DNA of 64,000 nucleotides from a virus (Duplodnaviria; Heunggongvirae; Uroviricota; Caudoviricetes): IMG/VR virus record IMGVR_UViG_2721755651_000007; one strand, 5' to 3'. Shown piece by piece: positions 42,154 to 52,486 of this stretch (position 1 is its first letter; each line of letters starts with the position of its first letter). The notes under the pieces were generated by a model. It saw only the letters and a program-made list of their open reading frames with translations, ran no database searches and was not told where the DNA came from. The position numbers and the translations under genes were made by a program.

Positions 42154-42621
42154 TTAGTTCAGGCACTGAGTGCGGATATAGTCCTGTGCCCCTTCCAGCT
42201 GCTTCTGCATTGTCATCAACCGTTCTCTGAGGATGAAATAATCCCGTTCAGCGGTGTCTGCCAGTCGGGGGCCGGTTGCATTATCCACGCCGGAGGTGCC
42301 GGTGGCTTCACGCACGGTACCGGAGCAGGTGGCGTTGATCCGCAGGCGCTTACGACCAGCGGCAACATCAGCACGCAGAGTTTCATTTTCAGCTCTCGCA
42401 TCGGCTAACTCCCTCGAGTATTTTGCATCGAGCGCAGCAACATCACGCTGGCGCACCTGCATGTCAGTAATGGTGGCATTCGCCTGTTCCAGCTCTCTGG
42501 CTTTTTTATCGCGCTGCGCTTTGTAGGTGAGCGCGTTGTCACGGTAATGGTTTGTTGCCAGCCACAGCGCACCATAGCCAACCGCCAGGACAATAATCAC
42601 CACACACAGAACACGGTTCAT
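42154..42621 (-). CDS. Rz: Rz i-spanin
   Basis: [20 protein letters not shown]...[16 protein letters not shown]...DVAALDAKY like lambda Rz. Confidence 0.85.
   Translation of the reverse strand: MNRVLCVVIIVLAVGYGALWLATNHYRDNALTYKAQRDKKARELEQANATITDMQVRQRDVAALDAKYSRELADARAENETLRADVAAGRKRLRINATCSGTVREATGTSGVDNATGPRLADTAERDYFILRERLMTMQKQLEGAQDYIRTQCLN
42216..42401 (-). CDS. Rz1: Rz1 o-spanin lipoprotein embedded in Rz
   Basis: [15 protein letters not shown] lipobox, Pro-rich; +1 frame inside Rz. Confidence 0.75.
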   Translation of the reverse strand: MRELKMKLCVLMLPLVVSACGSTPPAPVPCVKPPAPPAWIMQPAPDWQTPLNGIISSSENG

Positions 42622-42774
42622 CTCTCTTTCACCCCACCAGTCCCGATAACGTCAGGACTCGCCAGGCGGTGGAAAAGAAAATGGCAACCAGCATGACTAA
42701 AAATGAAATGCCGACAAGTACACAGAGGCTCTTCACCAGCGTTATGAGTTTATCTGATATCATTAGCCACCCCA

Positions 42775-43344
42775 TCAATCCGCCTTTGTTATTTTCCCTT
42801 TGCCTGTATCAGCCAGGACAAAATCAATCAGCATATTCGCTTCATTTACCAGCGTACGGATTTTTGATACATGCGCGGCTTTAACCTGTTTCCACTCATT
42901 CAGCCCGGTAGCAAACACACTGGCAATGTTTTTATCCCGTTTCATGTCAGCACAAGCCTGGTTGAGTTCTTCCATCACGCTCATTTTACGGGGATTAACG
43001 ACAAAACCCTTCGTCCAGTACTCGTAAAGAACATCGTCGCACTCTTCCTGATACCGGATGACCTTATCGCGGATTTCGGGTTTTACTTTGTTGGGATTAA
43101 TGGTTTGTAGCCAGCCGGCAAGTTTTCGAAGTGGCATGGACACCATATTGCGTTGTTTCCCATCCTCAGCAACCATAACGATTTCCGTTATAGTTGACGC
43201 AAAACGCTGTCTTAACTTAGCCAACTGTGATTGCCAGGCCAGCCCCATCCCCGCAACGACAGGTTTCATGGGAACGTATGGTTCGCCATTATGGTTAACT
43301 ACATAAAGAGAGTTGCCGTGAAACGGCACGGCCATCATATTCAT
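42775..43344 (-). CDS. phage antirepressor / Rha-like regulatory protein
   Basis: 189 aa between endolysin and Rz; family assignment tentative. Confidence 0.45.
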   Translation of the reverse strand: MNMMAVPFHGNSLYVVNHNGEPYVPMKPVVAGMGLAWQSQLAKLRQRFASTITEIVMVAEDGKQRNMVSMPLRKLAGWLQTINPNKVKPEIRDKVIRYQEECDDVLYEYWTKGFVVNPRKMSVMEELNQACADMKRDKNIASVFATGLNEWKQVKAAHVSKIRTLVNEANMLIDFVLADTGKGKITKAD

Positions 43345-43614
43345 CGGTTATTTCCTTTTAGTGATGAACCTTGTCTCACAGGAATCCAGCCCACAGAAAG
43401 GCACCGACAGCCAAACCGGTATCCTCAAGGGTCATCCTGAAAGGTTCTGTGTTGTGAGATGCGCGTGAGATGCGCAGAAATGACAAAGGCATCATTACGG
43501 TGCCTGAGTGTTAAACAACTGTTTTGACTTTATTCACTTACATTTTGCCAATTTGCAGGATTTCGTGTTATCCGTCCATGTAAGCAAACCTCATTTTTCA
43601 GCAAAATATTCTGC

Positions 43615-44148
43615 TTATCTGTCGATTCCCCAGCACGCCAGCGCGCTCTCCTGGTCACGACGGGATACCTGACCGTAACAGTTATTTGAGCGAATACGGC
43701 AGTCCCTGCCACCGTCCTTAATCCACCAGCGAATCGCTTCGCAGGCACCTTTTCGATCTCCTGCATTAATCCGTCTGTAAAACGTCGACGGGAAACACTT
43801 ACCGGGGCCAATGTTGTACGGACAGAATGACGCGATCCCCGCTTTCTGGGGTTCGGTCAGCGGCACTCTGATGTTTTTCTCCACCCATGCCAGCGCCTTA
43901 TCACGCTCAATGGCGTTAACCCGGTCGCATTTTTCCTTCGACAGCTTCATGCCAGGAATAACAGGCTTACCATCCCCCCGGGTGGCTCCACGGCAGATGG
44001 TCCAGATACCCGCACCATCACGGTATGCTGTGGTGTGGTTACCTTCCTTTTCATCCAGAAACTGGTCGAGGATTTCAGGCGCAGACGCCCCTGCACCAAT
44101 CAGCGCCAGAACGGCAGCCGACAGGCCGTATCTGATTTTTGCGTTCAT
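43615..44148 (-). CDS. R: SAR endolysin (lysozyme, phage 21 R-like)
   Basis: N-terminal Gly/Ala-rich SAR segment then EGNHTTAYRDGAGIWTICRG catalytic region. Confidence 0.85.
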   Translation of the reverse strand: MNAKIRYGLSAAVLALIGAGASAPEILDQFLDEKEGNHTTAYRDGAGIWTICRGATRGDGKPVIPGMKLSKEKCDRVNAIERDKALAWVEKNIRVPLTEPQKAGIASFCPYNIGPGKCFPSTFYRRINAGDRKGACEAIRWWIKDGGRDCRIRSNNCYGQVSRRDQESALACWGIDR

Positions 44149-44198
44149 GGATATTTATCAGGGTTTATCGATTTCAAATCCCTGGATATGTTAAGTCT

Positions 44199-44546
44199 TC
44201 AGGCCAGCGGTGGAGTCTTCAGAGAACCCGTAATTATTCCCGGTAGTTTTCCTCTGTAGGTTATCAACACATCCTGCGCCTCTAAAATTACGGGGCGCTT
44301 TTCCGGCAACGGACCATCCCCTTCACATAACCCGGCAGCAACATCCATGAAAAACTGCTTCGCCTGCTTTTTCGCCTCAGCTTCGTAAAACTCCAGCGTG
44401 GCACCTTCAGTACGGTCAAGACTAATCGCCACATCTGGCAACAACAGTGACGGATACCCACCAATTTCCGGTGCCACAGTAACAGTAATCTTATCCGGGT
44501 AATTATTTATCCCTTTAACAACCAGTTCGTATTTTTTCTTCATCAC
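44199..44546 (-). CDS. hypothetical protein between holin and endolysin
   Basis: 115 aa ORF, no family recognised. Confidence 0.4.
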   Translation of the reverse strand: MMKKKYELVVKGINNYPDKITVTVAPEIGGYPSLLLPDVAISLDRTEGATLEFYEAEAKKQAKQFFMDVAAGLCEGDGPLPEKRPVILEAQDVLITYRGKLPGIITGSLKTPPLA

Positions 44547-44547
44547 T

Positions 44548-44763
44548 TTACTCTCCCCGCGCCGCCTTACGCCGGTCTTCTTTAATCTTGAAATACAGGT
44601 TCGTCAGATATGTCAGCAGCCCAAACAGCAGACTCCCCAGCACGCCTATCGCCACCCACTGGGACGGAGAGACTTTGTCCAGCAGCTGCAGTAACCAGTA
44701 TCCCGTCCCCACCGCTGACGTGGTGTATGACACACCCGTTGTGATTTTTTCCATCTGGTACAT
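44548..44763 (-). CDS. S: class II holin/antiholin (phage 21 S-like pinholin)
   Basis: [11 protein letters not shown]...[40 protein letters not shown]; dual-start motif. Confidence 0.85.
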   Translation of the reverse strand: MYQMEKITTGVSYTTSAVGTGYWLLQLLDKVSPSQWVAIGVLGSLLFGLLTYLTNLYFKIKEDRRKAARGE

Positions 44764-44912
44764 ACCCCGTCTCCCGTTATCCGGAAGCTGACAACAATAA
44801 AAAAGCCACCAGTTAACTACTGATGGCTCTGATAACTCATGCAGGCGTCTCAGACGACCCACTGACACTACCGGTGAGTTTAACGATACCTTCCATTTGA
44901 CTGGCTCACTTT

Positions 44913-46766
44913 TTATGATGATGCCGGTGCATTTATCTCCAGCACCAGACTTTCTATCTCAACGCCATACGCTGCATTTTTTGTAACATCCGTCAGCGTC
45001 AGCGCATTCAGTCCCAGTGTCAGACTGTCTTTTATAACCTGGAATGCCGGGCCAGCCACTCCATTCAGTTTCGGAGTAACCGTGGCACTGCCGGCGGTGA
45101 ACACCAGCTCCAGCGTCTGCCAGTCGTTACCGTAATCGCCGAACTCCCCCAGCTTCGTGTTTCCGGCTTTCCTGTGATGCATCAGATTCACTCTGCCGTC
45201 AGTGGTCTGAGTGAAGTACGACATCAGGAACGGATTACCGGTACCCGTCATCGCCACACCATCAGGAACGGGAGCATCCGTATACAGATAAATCCCCAGC
45301 CCGAACTGATTGTTGGTCAGTGCGCCTGACAGGCGGAACTTACAGGTCAGTCTGCCGCCCTGTGTCAGCAGGGTAATTGCGTCATCCACCGGATGCGTCA
45401 GGGACCAGGTTTTATTGCTCTGCCTGGTGATCTTAAATACACCATCTGACAACTGAATTCCGCCATCCTTAATGCTCCAGCCCTGCGCAGCAGCCTCTCC
45501 GGCTGCCGGCAGCAGGGAGATTGTGCGAACGGACGTATCTGCAGACGGACCCGATGGCGTGTTGCCGCCGGGCGAGGGTTTGATTTCCGGTGCCTTACCA
45601 CTGATGAAGGCTGAGGTGCGCCCGGCTGCGTTCAGAATAGCGGTTGCCATACGATCCGGAATAATGCTCCTGCGCGCCCATGAACTGAAATGTGTCGGGC
45701 GGTTTGATGATACCTGGTTTCCATTCGTTCTCGATGCCGCACCGTAATATCCTGATGCCGGAATATCCGGATCTTCTGCCGGCGCGTTAGTGGCGGTATT
45801 GACGCCGTTACCGTCTGTCATGAAGGGCACAAAATAAACGCCCTCACTCTCCCTGTTTTTGTACGCCCCGTAAATGGTGTTGTACTGGGTGCCGTAGGTA
45901 TTTTTCCAGTAATACGTCGTGTCACCACAAATCCACGGCACATCTGCAGCACTGCCACCATGGCACTGCGCGTTAAACACGGAGAGGTCAGCACGAAACT
46001 GTGCCAGCATGGCTGTAAACAGCGCAGGTTGCTGTGCGTGGGTGGCGGCGCTCATGTCAAACTCTCCCTGCATCCAGCACACCGCCAGCAACACATTTTT
46101 CGGGTTCTTCTGTAATGCAGCTTTAGTGCGCGCAATCAGGTCCTGATATAACGGTTTACCCACACCCCAGCGCGCCGAATCCTGGCTGGCCCCCGCGTCC
46201 GCACTGAATGTCCCCTCCGCGCCCTGGGTGAATGCCGAACCACCACGACAGCATGGTACCAGCAGGATCCCCGCGTTATTCGGGATATACGGAAGCAGTT
46301 TTTTGGCAATATGTAAGCCCTGGCCGACACAGCCGTACTGCCCTTTGCTCAGGTCTGCCTTCGGATGATTCAGCGTACTCATATCCTGCACATCATGCAG
46401 GCAGTGGTCGGCCGGAATAATATCGTTATATCTGCAGGCAGCCCCACCCGGCGTAACTGTACTGCGGCGCGCCAGCTGTTTAATGCGCGGATCCGGAGCA
46501 TCGTATGAATCCGGCAGCGGAAGCCCTTCACCGTAAGCCATGGCATTGGACTGCCCGGCCAGTACGATGACGTAGTACCAATCCGGCTCAGTTGCACCAC
46601 TGACCACCACATCACCTTCTGCTGTAATCACCTGCATCAGGGTATAAGGGGTTATGGCCACCGGACTACCAAACGGCTGCCAGCCCTCTTTCAGTTTGTG
46701 TGTCAGCTTTTCCGCAAGGTCTGACGGCGACGCCGCCCTGACAACATCATAATGTTTAAATGTCAT
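44913..46766 (-). CDS. prophage sialate O-acetylesterase (NanS-p-like, SGNH hydrolase)
   Basis: MTFKHYDVV...; [19 protein letters not shown] esterase motif; position between tRNAs and holin. Confidence 0.7.
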   Translation of the reverse strand: MTFKHYDVVRAASPSDLAEKLTHKLKEGWQPFGSPVAITPYTLMQVITAEGDVVVSGATEPDWYYVIVLAGQSNAMAYGEGLPLPDSYDAPDPRIKQLARRSTVTPGGAACRYNDIIPADHCLHDVQDMSTLNHPKADLSKGQYGCVGQGLHIAKKLLPYIPNNAGILLVPCCRGGSAFTQGAEGTFSADAGASQDSARWGVGKPLYQDLIARTKAALQKNPKNVLLAVCWMQGEFDMSAATHAQQPALFTAMLAQFRADLSVFNAQCHGGSAADVPWICGDTTYYWKNTYGTQYNTIYGAYKNRESEGVYFVPFMTDGNGVNTATNAPAEDPDIPASGYYGAASRTNGNQVSSNRPTHFSSWARRSIIPDRMATAILNAAGRTSAFISGKAPEIKPSPGGNTPSGPSADTSVRTISLLPAAGEAAAQGWSIKDGGIQLSDGVFKITRQSNKTWSLTHPVDDAITLLTQGGRLTCKFRLSGALTNNQFGLGIYLYTDAPVPDGVAMTGTGNPFLMSYFTQTTDGRVNLMHHRKAGNTKLGEFGDYGNDWQTLELVFTAGSATVTPKLNGVAGPAFQVIKDSLTLGLNALTLTDVTKNAAYGVEIESLVLEINAPASS

Positions 46767-47288
46767 TATTCCTCCCCTTTCCGGGATTTTCCTCAACAGT
46801 TGCGGGCCACGGTCCGGCCACAAGGAGAATCAAAAGAGGAGAACCGCAGCCCGCAAAACGAAAAAGGCCGCGCAGTTGCGCAGCCTTATAAACCCTGGTT
46901 AAAATCCACACGATAAAAATGACAATGCAAGTATCTCATGCTGTTGCCCGAACCCACTCGGGCTTTTTTTTGCATGTAAAAAGGCTCCTGCGATGAGAAG
47001 CCTGGATATATGCCTAATCTCTGTATACAGCATGATGCCGGGTGCCTCCCGGTGAATTCTGCAATGACCAGACAGAATCCGCAACTTGCCTATACAATAC
47101 GCAACCAAACATCTGTCATTATGCCCCGCCGCTCAGGGGGATTCATCATGCAGGATTTTTTTAACAAACGCTCAGCATGTCAGGCAACAGTCAACTGCCT
47201 GAATTGTGAGGCATTTAACATTTCACTGTCCGGTGTCTTTCCTGTAATAAAAAGCCCGCAAAAGAGAGTCAGGGCAGATAAGTGTGGT

Positions 47289-47365
47289 GTGGTGCGTTGT
47301 ACTGGATTCGAACCAGTGACCGATTGCTTAGAAGGCAATTGCTCTGTCCGGCTGAGCTAACAACG
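47289..47365 (-). tRNA. tRNA-Arg (anticodon UCU)
   Basis: 77 nt cloverleaf GCGTTGT...ACAACGC-A-CCA; anticodon loop CTTCTAA; T-loop GGTTCGAATCC. Confidence 0.85.
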
Positions 47366-47446
47366 CAGAATACCGATAATGGACCGCCACCGGGGACTCC
47401 GAATCTCGCACAGGGTGACGTTCTTTCCTGATGAGCTAGTGGCGGT

Positions 47447-47522
47447 TGGTGGCCCTTGCTGGATTTGAACCAGCGACCTGGCGATTATGAGTCGCTCGCT
47501 CTCACCGCTGAGCTAAAGGGCC
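47447..47522 (-). tRNA. tRNA with CAU anticodon (Ile2-lysidine or Met)
   Basis: 76 nt GGCCCTT...AAGGGCC-A-CCA; anticodon loop CTCATAA; one A-C mismatch in anticodon stem. Confidence 0.8.
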
Positions 47523-47562
47523 GATTGCTGAATAATAACGACGCATGATTAACTCCGCAATC

Positions 47563-48621
47563 TCATCCGTTACGAATGATTAAATCCTGTACTTCCCGCA
47601 CCGTCTGCTCAAAACGTTCAGTCTCCAGTTCAACGCCAGTTGCACGACGTCCCAGCGCCATCGCTGCTTTCACTGTCGACCCCGACCCCATGAAGAAATC
47701 TGCAACCAGGTCTCCCGGACGACTGCTTGCGCTGATTATCTGCTGCAACATTTCTGCCGGTTTTTCGCACGGATGTTTCCCTGGATAGTACTGCACCGGT
47801 TTATACGTCCACACATCGGTGTACGGCACCTGCACCGTCACACCGAAATACCGCCGCAGATGCTTATATTCACTCTGCAGCTCCGCATACTGTCGGTTCA
47901 GAGAGGCATACGTATCCACCAGCTGGTGGTGGGGCTTTTCCAGTTCACCCCGCTGATGCTTCTCTTCTGCCACCCGGGCAAACAGTGCCTGTAATTTCAG
48001 ATAATCGCTTTCGTTCGGCAGCTGCCACTGACCGGCACTGAACCAGTGCGACACCATGTTTTTCTTTCCTGTGGCATCTGCAATCTGTTTTGCCGTTATC
48101 CCCAGGACAGCGCGCGCATCACGAAAGTAAGCAATCAGCGGGGCCATCACATGCTGTTTCAGTGTCCTACCCTTCGCCTCATACCCGGCATCTTTCGGAC
48201 GATACGGCCCCTGATAATGCTCTGCGAACAGAATGCGCTCTGTGGCGGGGAAATACGCCCGCAGGCTTTCCTTGTTGCACCCGTTCCAGCGTCCGGACGG
48301 CTTTGCCCAGATGATATGGTTCAGCACGTTAAACCGCTCACGCATCATGATTTCGGTGTCAGATGCCAGACGATGGCCACAGAACAGGTAAAGACTTCCG
48401 GCAGGTTTCAGCACCCGCCAGAACTGCGCAAGACACTGGTCCAGCCACTTCAGGTAATCTTCATCACCCGCCCACTGGTTATCCCAGCCCTCGGGTTTCA
48501 CTTTGAAGTACGGCGGGTCCGTGACTATCAGGTCAACAGAATTTTCGGGTAACGACCGCATAAATTCCAGGCAGTCGGCGTTGATTAACTCACAACTGGA
48601 TATTTTTACAGTATTAAGCAT
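47563..48621 (-). CDS. orphan DNA N6-adenine/N4-cytosine methyltransferase (DPPY motif)
   Basis: 352 aa; IVTDPPYF motif near N-terminus; no adjacent restriction endonuclease gene. Confidence 0.8.
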   Translation of the reverse strand: MLNTVKISSCELINADCLEFMRSLPENSVDLIVTDPPYFKVKPEGWDNQWAGDEDYLKWLDQCLAQFWRVLKPAGSLYLFCGHRLASDTEIMMRERFNVLNHIIWAKPSGRWNGCNKESLRAYFPATERILFAEHYQGPYRPKDAGYEAKGRTLKQHVMAPLIAYFRDARAVLGITAKQIADATGKKNMVSHWFSAGQWQLPNESDYLKLQALFARVAEEKHQRGELEKPHHQLVDTYASLNRQYAELQSEYKHLRRYFGVTVQVPYTDVWTYKPVQYYPGKHPCEKPAEMLQQIISASSRPGDLVADFFMGSGSTVKAAMALGRRATGVELETERFEQTVREVQDLIIRNG

Positions 48622-48771
48622 GGATCATTAAGCCTGTCTCTGATAGGCTCATTCTGCTTTTGCGCAAAGCAGTGGGCCTGAGGTTTGCTTGTGAACCCAA
48701 CGCATGAGCAGATGGCTGGTGGGTGCCCCTTACACCCACCAGCCGCCCATTTACCACAAATAAAAAAGCCT

Positions 48772-49092
48772 TCAGGACTGAAGGCGTCTGTAACAACCAA
48801 ACTGATAGTCTGCCAGACCCGCCATAACCAGCTGGGTCAGTATTAACTGGCAGCGTTCGCGTGAAAGGTAAGTATTCTGCGCAATCTCCCCGACTGTCGC
48901 CGGGTCGGTAACGCTTAATTCATTAAACACCACTCTGGCGGTTTCTGTCATATCCTGCTGTTTCAGCATGTCTTTTTCCCTTTTCCGGTTAACGTGACAC
49001 ACCAATAACTCTTGTCGAAAAAGCCAGCAACCTGAAAGAACGGTATTAATAACCACCAGCGAATTTATTGCGCTGCTGTATATTACGGACAC
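48772..49092 (-). CDS. hypothetical small protein, first ORF of late operon (paralog of 348..668)
   Basis: ~90% identical to 348..668 product; follows tR'-like terminator. Confidence 0.45.
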   Translation of the reverse strand: MSVIYSSAINSLVVINTVLSGCWLFRQELLVCHVNRKREKDMLKQQDMTETARVVFNELSVTDPATVGEIAQNTYLSRERCQLILTQLVMAGLADYQFGCYRRLQS

Positions 49093-49113
49093 AAAAAAAC
49101 CACCTTCCGGTGG
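49091..49113 (-). terminator. intrinsic terminator (tR'-like) downstream of Q
   Basis: CCACCGGAAGGTGG hairpin + T7 on minus strand. Confidence 0.5.
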
Positions 49114-49210
49114 CTTCCTTGTGCGAAAAAACTTGCATTTCGCCTCGCGATACAGCTTTGCGAAGCTTACAGGAATTCAAGCTGTTTCTGCGTAAAAAAG
49201 CAAGCTTTTT

Positions 49211-49753
49211 TTATCGAAATGAATCGTGCATAGGTACATAAAGCATGTGTTCAGCCACGGCTAACCAACCTGCAATACGTTTCTCACATGTGCTGAAACA
49301 CCATTCCGGGTGAGTACGATTTAAACATTCTGCCATTTTTCTCTTACTCATTCCCCGTCCTTCGTACCTTTGCCGGAGAATATTGATTAGCCCGGGATAT
49401 TCCCCAAGCACCTCACTGATAACGCGATCAATAATCAACGCCTCTGTGTCTGTACAATGTGACAACCAGCTCTTCTGCTTCCCTCTGGTCATATCCCGAA
49501 AAAATGCCTCAAGTTCCGGTTTTTCCAGCCCGGATTTCTTCATGCTGCGTAAAACCTCATTAACTGCTGTTTTCGTCAGCTTTTTCGAAACCAGTAACCG
49601 GTTAAACATATTTCCGGATTTACCCCCACCGATATACGACCACCGCCCCCACATCCGTAATTTCCCCTGGATCCAGACTGCTTCCAGCGTGTTCAGGCGT
49701 AAATGTTCGCCGCTTTTGCCTGTAATTTCCGGATATATCATATTTACGCTCAC
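49211..49753 (-). CDS. late-gene antiterminator Q-like protein
   Basis: 180 aa paralog of 770..1336; ATGA overlap with rusA. Confidence 0.55.
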   Translation of the reverse strand: MSVNMIYPEITGKSGEHLRLNTLEAVWIQGKLRMWGRWSYIGGGKSGNMFNRLLVSKKLTKTAVNEVLRSMKKSGLEKPELEAFFRDMTRGKQKSWLSHCTDTEALIIDRVISEVLGEYPGLINILRQRYEGRGMSKRKMAECLNRTHPEWCFSTCEKRIAGWLAVAEHMLYVPMHDSFR

Positions 49754-50109
49754 TCACTCTCAATTTTGTAAATCTTCACACCCAGCCGTCCACCAGATAC
49801 TGGCTGACCACGTACAATATTGATTTCATCAAACTGCTCATCGTCCATTAACACTCCCGCATGCGTCAGCGCATCCAGCGGTGCTTTCAGAATATTGTCC
49901 AGGTCACGACGACGCTTATCCGGTGGCTCTGCAATAATTTTTATTGCCAGCCGTCCGGACAGGCTTAATTTCAGTCGCTGCTGGCGAACAATAAGCACCA
50001 CTGCCCGGCGATAACGCTCCCCGGCTTTTGATACAAAATATGTGCTGCCACGGCGTCGCCAGTAAGTGTTCACCGTCGGCGGGTAAGGTAAAACCAAATC
50101 TATGAGCAT
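49750..50109 (-). CDS. rusA: RusA Holliday junction resolvase (full length)
   Basis: 119 aa; LPYPPTVNTYWRRRG...RRRDLDN motifs. Confidence 0.85.
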   Translation of the reverse strand: MLIDLVLPYPPTVNTYWRRRGSTYFVSKAGERYRRAVVLIVRQQRLKLSLSGRLAIKIIAEPPDKRRRDLDNILKAPLDALTHAGVLMDDEQFDEINIVRGQPVSGGRLGVKIYKIESE

Positions 50110-50121
50110 CAGTCACCTCTT

Positions 50122-51168
50122 TTACCCGAGCACGCCAGTCGCAAAGGCGTGATCAAGAAAACGAAAAATTAAATCAACCTGGGAACCATGCTTTTCTTCG
50201 AACGCCAGCGGATCCGCATGAAGCTCGTTGTGATGCTCCCGACACAGCGGTAGCGTGAAAATATCGTGGGATTTTGTTCCCATTCCGCCCTGACCATGAC
50301 CAATCAGATGATGAGGATCGTCCGCTGGCTTACCACAACACGCACACGGCTGTGTCTTTACCCAGCGTGTGTATTTCTCATTTACCCAGCGGCGACGTTT
50401 AGGTCGTTTCATGAAGGATTCCGGAGACTCCGGATCAACGGCAATGCTGACCACCGTCTTTTCCTGTGGTGGGTTTTGCTGGTGGGCGTGAGGCAGCGGC
50501 GCAAGATTTTTTGTGCGCTGCTTCAGTATGATGGTGGCGGTCTGCTCTCCCGGTACGATGTCGCTTTCACGGTACATTGAGCGGATTTTTTCCGCACGCA
50601 ACCCCAGCGAACGACGTAATACCGCTTCCGGTAGCGCGTCCGCCACCTGATTGCGGACCGCCCACCAGGATAATTCAGCCAGAGATAATTCACGCTCCTG
50701 CGTACCGCTTATTGCGTGACCGATGACGTCAATCATCCATGCTGACAGGTTTTGATGAGCAAGTTGCTCGAGTGATTCGGATGTCTGGTCACGCAGCTGG
50801 TTGTCGCAGTGCCAGCACAACACCATTGCGCCGGTACCATAACGGTGAATAACGGTTTCACTGTGATGATAGTCACCATGAGGCCACTGGCAGGATTTGA
50901 CATGACGCAACAGCCAGTCAGACAGTGCACCAGCGCCACCAACAGCACGAATCACACGCTCATTGCTGAAAAACGGCAGTAATGATTTATCCTCCGCCAG
51001 CGGCTGGCGAACGGCAGGGACGATGCCGGACGGCAGACCGCGCATGCTTTTCGGCTCCGGCTCCACAAGCACTCGAGGGTTATGGAATACCTGCATGGAT
51101 TCACGGCCTGGTTTAAGGACCACCACCCCAAGTTCCGGTACCGGAACAGGTCGAAGTAATACCCGCAC
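50122..51168 (-). CDS. DUF968/YdfU-like protein
   Basis: 348 aa paralog of 1705..2754. Confidence 0.5.
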   Translation of the reverse strand: MRVLLRPVPVPELGVVVLKPGRESMQVFHNPRVLVEPEPKSMRGLPSGIVPAVRQPLAEDKSLLPFFSNERVIRAVGGAGALSDWLLRHVKSCQWPHGDYHHSETVIHRYGTGAMVLCWHCDNQLRDQTSESLEQLAHQNLSAWMIDVIGHAISGTQERELSLAELSWWAVRNQVADALPEAVLRRSLGLRAEKIRSMYRESDIVPGEQTATIILKQRTKNLAPLPHAHQQNPPQEKTVVSIAVDPESPESFMKRPKRRRWVNEKYTRWVKTQPCACCGKPADDPHHLIGHGQGGMGTKSHDIFTLPLCREHHNELHADPLAFEEKHGSQVDLIFRFLDHAFATGVLG

Positions 51169-51169
51169 G

Positions 51170-51448
51170 TTACCTCCAGATGCGTTGCTGGAATGTGCGG
51201 GACGGACGCGGTGGGCGCTCGGAGTACGGCAGCCTGACGTAGATTATCCAGTGACGATAATCGAGGCTGAGGGCTTTCCTAAACTCATACCCACGTCTGC
51301 GGTAGTTCTGAATCAGCCATTCGGCCTGTTCTTCAGTGCATGGGGCGTGCCGGAACCAGTCAGATTTGAATGCATGAGAACGCCGCCCGTGCCTGCTGGC
51401 AAAGACGGCTGAATTATCAGAATTGTGTAGTCTGGAATTTTGCGCCAT
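51170..51448 (-). CDS. hypothetical nin-region protein
   Basis: 92 aa; weak similarity to 2756..3028 product. Confidence 0.35.
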   Translation of the reverse strand: MAQNSRLHNSDNSAVFASRHGRRSHAFKSDWFRHAPCTEEQAEWLIQNYRRRGYEFRKALSLDYRHWIIYVRLPYSERPPRPSRTFQQRIWR

Positions 51449-51517
51449 CGGCTTTCTCCGGTGGCACAGTGTTACTCAACAGGGGTTCAGCCCTGCGCTG
51501 AATTGTAGATGAATTCA

Positions 51518-51778
51518 CTAATCTTCAAAAGCAGAAAAACCAGCCTTAATCCCAGCTTCTTTCAGAGACGGCAACGATGTGACAAATTCATTTGCACGCA
51601 AAATAAAACCATCCGTCACAAGCCCATCCACAAAATGAATTAACGCAGCTCCACTCTTCCTTTGTTGAGACTGTAAACATTTAATACGGCAGTGGCTGAC
51701 AATAGCGCCCTTCTCAACGCGCACAGTATAGAGGCCATCTTCACTAAAAATTTCACGTAATTCTTCGATTCTCATCAA
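51518..51778 (-). CDS. hypothetical protein
   Basis: 86 aa ORF; no family recognised. Confidence 0.3.
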   Translation of the reverse strand: MMRIEELREIFSEDGLYTVRVEKGAIVSHCRIKCLQSQQRKSGAALIHFVDGLVTDGFILRANEFVTSLPSLKEAGIKAGFSAFED

Positions 51779-51995
51779 CAGAATCCTTCCAGATAAATAG
51801 CACTCCCCTGTTCGGGGTCCATCCCTCTTCTCCCTGCGCGCTACTTAAGTATTTTTGATTCTATTCCGGCGCCGTCCGGAACTTCAAACGCGTTGAAAAT
51901 AAAAACAAAAACCCGCCGAAGCGGGTTAAGTGCGGGTGCGTTGAGGATGCCTGACACATCAGAGGTGGCGAGGGATTTCTCCCCCGCCTGGTCTC

Positions 51996-52151
51996 TTACT
52001 CCTCAGGTTCGTAAGCTGTGAAGACAGCGACCTCCGTCTGGCCGGTTCGGATTCGTACCTCGCAGAGGTCTTTCCTCGTTACCAGTGCCGTCACTATGAC
52101 GATTAAACAGATGACGATCAGGGCGATTAACATCGCCTTTTGCTGCTTCAT
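51996..52151 (-). CDS. hok: Hok-family type I toxin, second copy (mok frame to 52208)
   Basis: MKQQKAMLIALIVICLIVIVTALVTRKDLCEVRIRTGQTEVAVFTAYEPEE. Confidence 0.9.
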   Translation of the reverse strand: MKQQKAMLIALIVICLIVIVTALVTRKDLCEVRIRTGQTEVAVFTAYEPEE

Positions 52152-52486
52152 AGCCTGCTTCTCCTTGACCTTTCGGTCCGTAAGAGGCAATCTATATGTG
52201 ACGAGCATATAGGGGCCTCACTTCGATTTATAGTCGGGTGGGGCTTTTATCTATCTGCCGTTGGTGTTCATGCCCGAGGCAGATAGCCTCAAGCACCCGC
52301 AGCAATCCTACTTAACTCTGCCGTTACAGCAAACCGTTTTCGCCCGATATGGGAATTCCCATATCGGAATGAATTCAGTTCACCTGGCGAGGCTTAGCGT
52401 ACAATTTTTTCCGTTTTGTGAGCTGCCCCTACATGCCGCTGGCGCGGCATCCGGAAAAAGAATCCACGTCCTGAAGGACGAGGATG

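Noticed and set aside
42043-42408. 121-aa plus-strand ORF
   Set aside because: Antisense to Rz/Rz1.
46767-47288. Shiga toxin genes expected between tRNAs and nanS-p
   Set aside because: No ORF in the region resembles an A or B subunit; only short ORFs and hairpins are present.
47010-47360. 116-aa plus-strand ORF
   Set aside because: Overlaps the antisense strand of the tRNA-Arg gene and the intergenic hairpin region; no RBS.
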